The position numbers were made by a program, and so were the translations under genes. A stretch of 64,000 bases of DNA from a virus (Duplodnaviria > Caudoviricetes), in the IMG/VR virus record IMGVR_UViG_3300028532_000002, positions 17,052 through 81,051 of that record; one strand, 5' to 3'. Under the pieces are notes generated by a model. That model saw only the letters and a program-made list of their open reading frames with translations, was not told the DNA's origin and did not search any database. Positions 62,447-64,000 of this stretch are shown piece by piece. The first letter of the stretch is position 1, and every line of letters begins with the position of its first letter.

Positions 62447-63223
62447 TCAGGTGGTCTTGTGGGGGCAGGGGCCGCGCATCTGGTCGTAGATCTCGGCGGA
62501 GTACCGCTCGTGGGTGACCAGCTCGATGCGGTACCCGAAGCGGCGTTCGCTGTCCCGCTCGGCGTCGTCGGGGGTCAGCTCCTCCCACGCCTTGTCGGCG
62601 GTCGTGAGGACGGTGTCGCCGTACTGGGCGAGGGTCACCGCGCGCGGGCACCCGCAGGGCGACCAGAGCACCCAGTCGCAGGCGGTGAGCGTGACGAGCG
62701 GTCCGGCCTGCGCCTCGACGTCGGGGAGGCTGACGACCACGCCGGGCCCGGTGGTCAGCCGGTAACGGTCGTTGGCCTCCTTGTGCCAGACGTCGCCGTG
62801 ACGGTCGCGGTAGGCGGTCGGGGCGGCGGGCTTGGGCTGGTCCTTGGTGAGGGCGTGGATGACGGTGCTCACGGGCCCGCACGGCCAGGCGTGGATCCTG
62901 TAGCCGTCGTCCTCGTCGGCGCAGTACTCGCAGACGGCCTTGATGGGCGTGTTCGCGCACCGGTAGTAGCCGCCGAACGCGATGCCGTTCTCGTCGGCGG
63001 GGTGCTTCCCGTCGCTCGGGTTGGTTCCGCAGACCCGGCACCGGTCCGGGTCGTTGCCGCCGGAGGGCTGGTAGGGGGTGGAGACGTGGGGGGACAGCAC
63101 CGCGCGCAGGGCCGCGATGACGCGGGCGGCGTCGTGGACGGCGGCCGTGCCCTTGGTGGCCTCGAAGAGGCGGCGGTCGGCGGCGTCGATGAGTTCGACG
63201 GGGTCGGGGGTGGGGTCAGCCAT
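62447..63223 (-). CDS. Mosaic hypothetical protein with zinc motifs
   Basis: CRVC, CEYC...WPC, AYRDRHGDVW, WVLWSPCGC. Confidence 0.65.
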   Translation of the reverse strand: MADPTPDPVELIDAADRRLFEATKGTAAVHDAARVIAALRAVLSPHVSTPYQPSGGNDPDRCRVCGTNPSDGKHPADENGIAFGGYYRCANTPIKAVCEYCADEDDGYRIHAWPCGPVSTVIHALTKDQPKPAAPTAYRDRHGDVWHKEANDRYRLTTGPGVVVSLPDVEAQAGPLVTLTACDWVLWSPCGCPRAVTLAQYGDTVLTTADKAWEELTPDDAERDSERRFGYRIELVTHERYSAEIYDQMRGPCPHKTT

Positions 63224-64000
63224 CGGTGTCACCCTTGAGAACGCCGGGGGCGGCGAGCACCTGGATGTCCGTGCCGTGGTCGAGGTCGATGGTGTGCTCC
63301 GCGCGCTCCCGGGCTTCCAGGGCGGCGACGCGGTCCTCGACCTGGCGGAGCCGCTCGGCGGACGCGGCCCCGGCCTCCAGGGTGTGGATGCGCTCGTACA
63401 GCTCGGCGAGGGTGGGCACCTCGTCCCCCGGCTCGACGAGGTCCTCGGCGGGGAGGTCAACGAGGTCCGGGCGGTCAGTGTTGGGCCGCAGCGGAAGGGC
63501 GGCGATGGCCTCGGAGATGGCCATGGGCACCCGGTGCGTGTCGATGAGGACTTCCTGCGCGGCGAGGTCGCGCATGGACCGGGCGCCCTTTTCGAGCGCC
63601 GCGTCGCGCTCTTGGCGCAGCCGCCGGACCTCGCAGGTCAGCTCGAATCCGCGGGCGCTGCGGGCGCGGTAGGCGTCGATCTCGTCAGTGCGGGCCACCT
63701 CGTGCTCGGTGTCTCCGGCGACGGCGAGGATCGCGCGGGCCAGAGCGACAGCGTCGGGGCCCTTGGGCGCGTGCGCGGTCAGGAGGGCCTGGGCGAGCTG
63801 CACCACGGCGGGGATGGTGACGTCTTCGGGGTCGGGTCCGGCGCTGATGCGCTCGGTCACCGTGAGGGGGATGACGGCGGGGGTGTAGGGAGCCTGGTAG
63901 GTGTACGCGGCGGAGCGGACGGCGTCCGCGTGTGTGGGGGCCTGGACGGTCTCCAGAAAGTCCGGCTCGTAGTCGTAGGGGGAAGTGATGATGGCGGGCC
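63216..64000 (-). CDS. Hypothetical coiled-coil protein, 5' end outside window
   Basis: Frame of 63216..63860 stays open to base 64000. Confidence 0.65.
   Translation of the reverse strand, partial: PAIITSPYDYEPDFLETVQAPTHADAVRSAAYTYQAPYTPAVIPLTVTERISAGPDPEDVTIPAVVQLAQALLTAHAPKGPDAVALARAILAVAGDTEHEVARTDEIDAYRARSARGFELTCEVRRLRQERDAALEKGARSMRDLAAQEVLIDTHRVPMAISEAIAALPLRPNTDRPDLVDLPAEDLVEPGDEVPTLAELYERIHTLEAGAASAERLRQVEDRVAALEARERAEHTIDLDHGTDIQVLAAPGVLKGDTDG

Larger units (their letters stand above)
1..64000. mobile_element. Temperate siphovirus-type actinophage/prophage carrying a conjugation module (partial; continues beyond both ends)
   Basis: Complete head, tail and lysis modules, serine integrase and immunity switch; no host genes; replication genes not in the window. 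Confidence 0.9.

Noticed and set aside
1-64000. The open frames at the two window ends join in frame (...GCC T|GG CCC...), as if the window were a closed circle
   Set aside because: One-in-three chance; an exactly 64000-bp genome is implausible and replication genes are missing

Overview
The whole 64 kb window is mobile DNA from a high-GC filamentous actinomycete; the host genus cannot be fixed from sequence alone. I found no host housekeeping gene, rRNA, tRNA or CRISPR array. Most of it is a temperate siphovirus-type phage read on the minus strand, right to left: mosaic early genes (55.6-64 kb), MuF, terminases, portal, scaffold and capsid (46.7-55.5 kb), neck, tail, tape measure and tail tip (31.8-46.6 kb), and lysis plus a methyltransferase and glycosyltransferase (16.3-20.7 kb). 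A Cro/repressor switch and a large serine integrase sit at the far left (0.3-3.7 kb). Three modules stand out. (1) A Streptomyces-type conjugation module at 3.8-10.3 kb: TraB/FtsK, membrane spread-like genes and a clt-like GCGTGACA repeat cluster. It shares intergenic hairpins with the phage genes, which suggests a conjugative phage. (2) A 17-gene plus-strand island at 23.1-30.8 kb, inserted between tail and lysis genes. It carries four near-identical predicted promoter/operator cassettes (TTGnnn-N17-TATA(C/G)T wrapped by a CTGTCCCCCCA inverted repeat) and lies divergent from a ribbon-helix-helix gene whose RBS overlaps a half-site. (3) Glycosylation genes in the late operons, including a glycosyltransferase fused in frame to a HeH/SAP-like domain inside the head module. 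All family names come from motif recognition by eye, not database searches. Many start codons were re-assigned from the supplied ORF track using RBS and stop-start overlaps.
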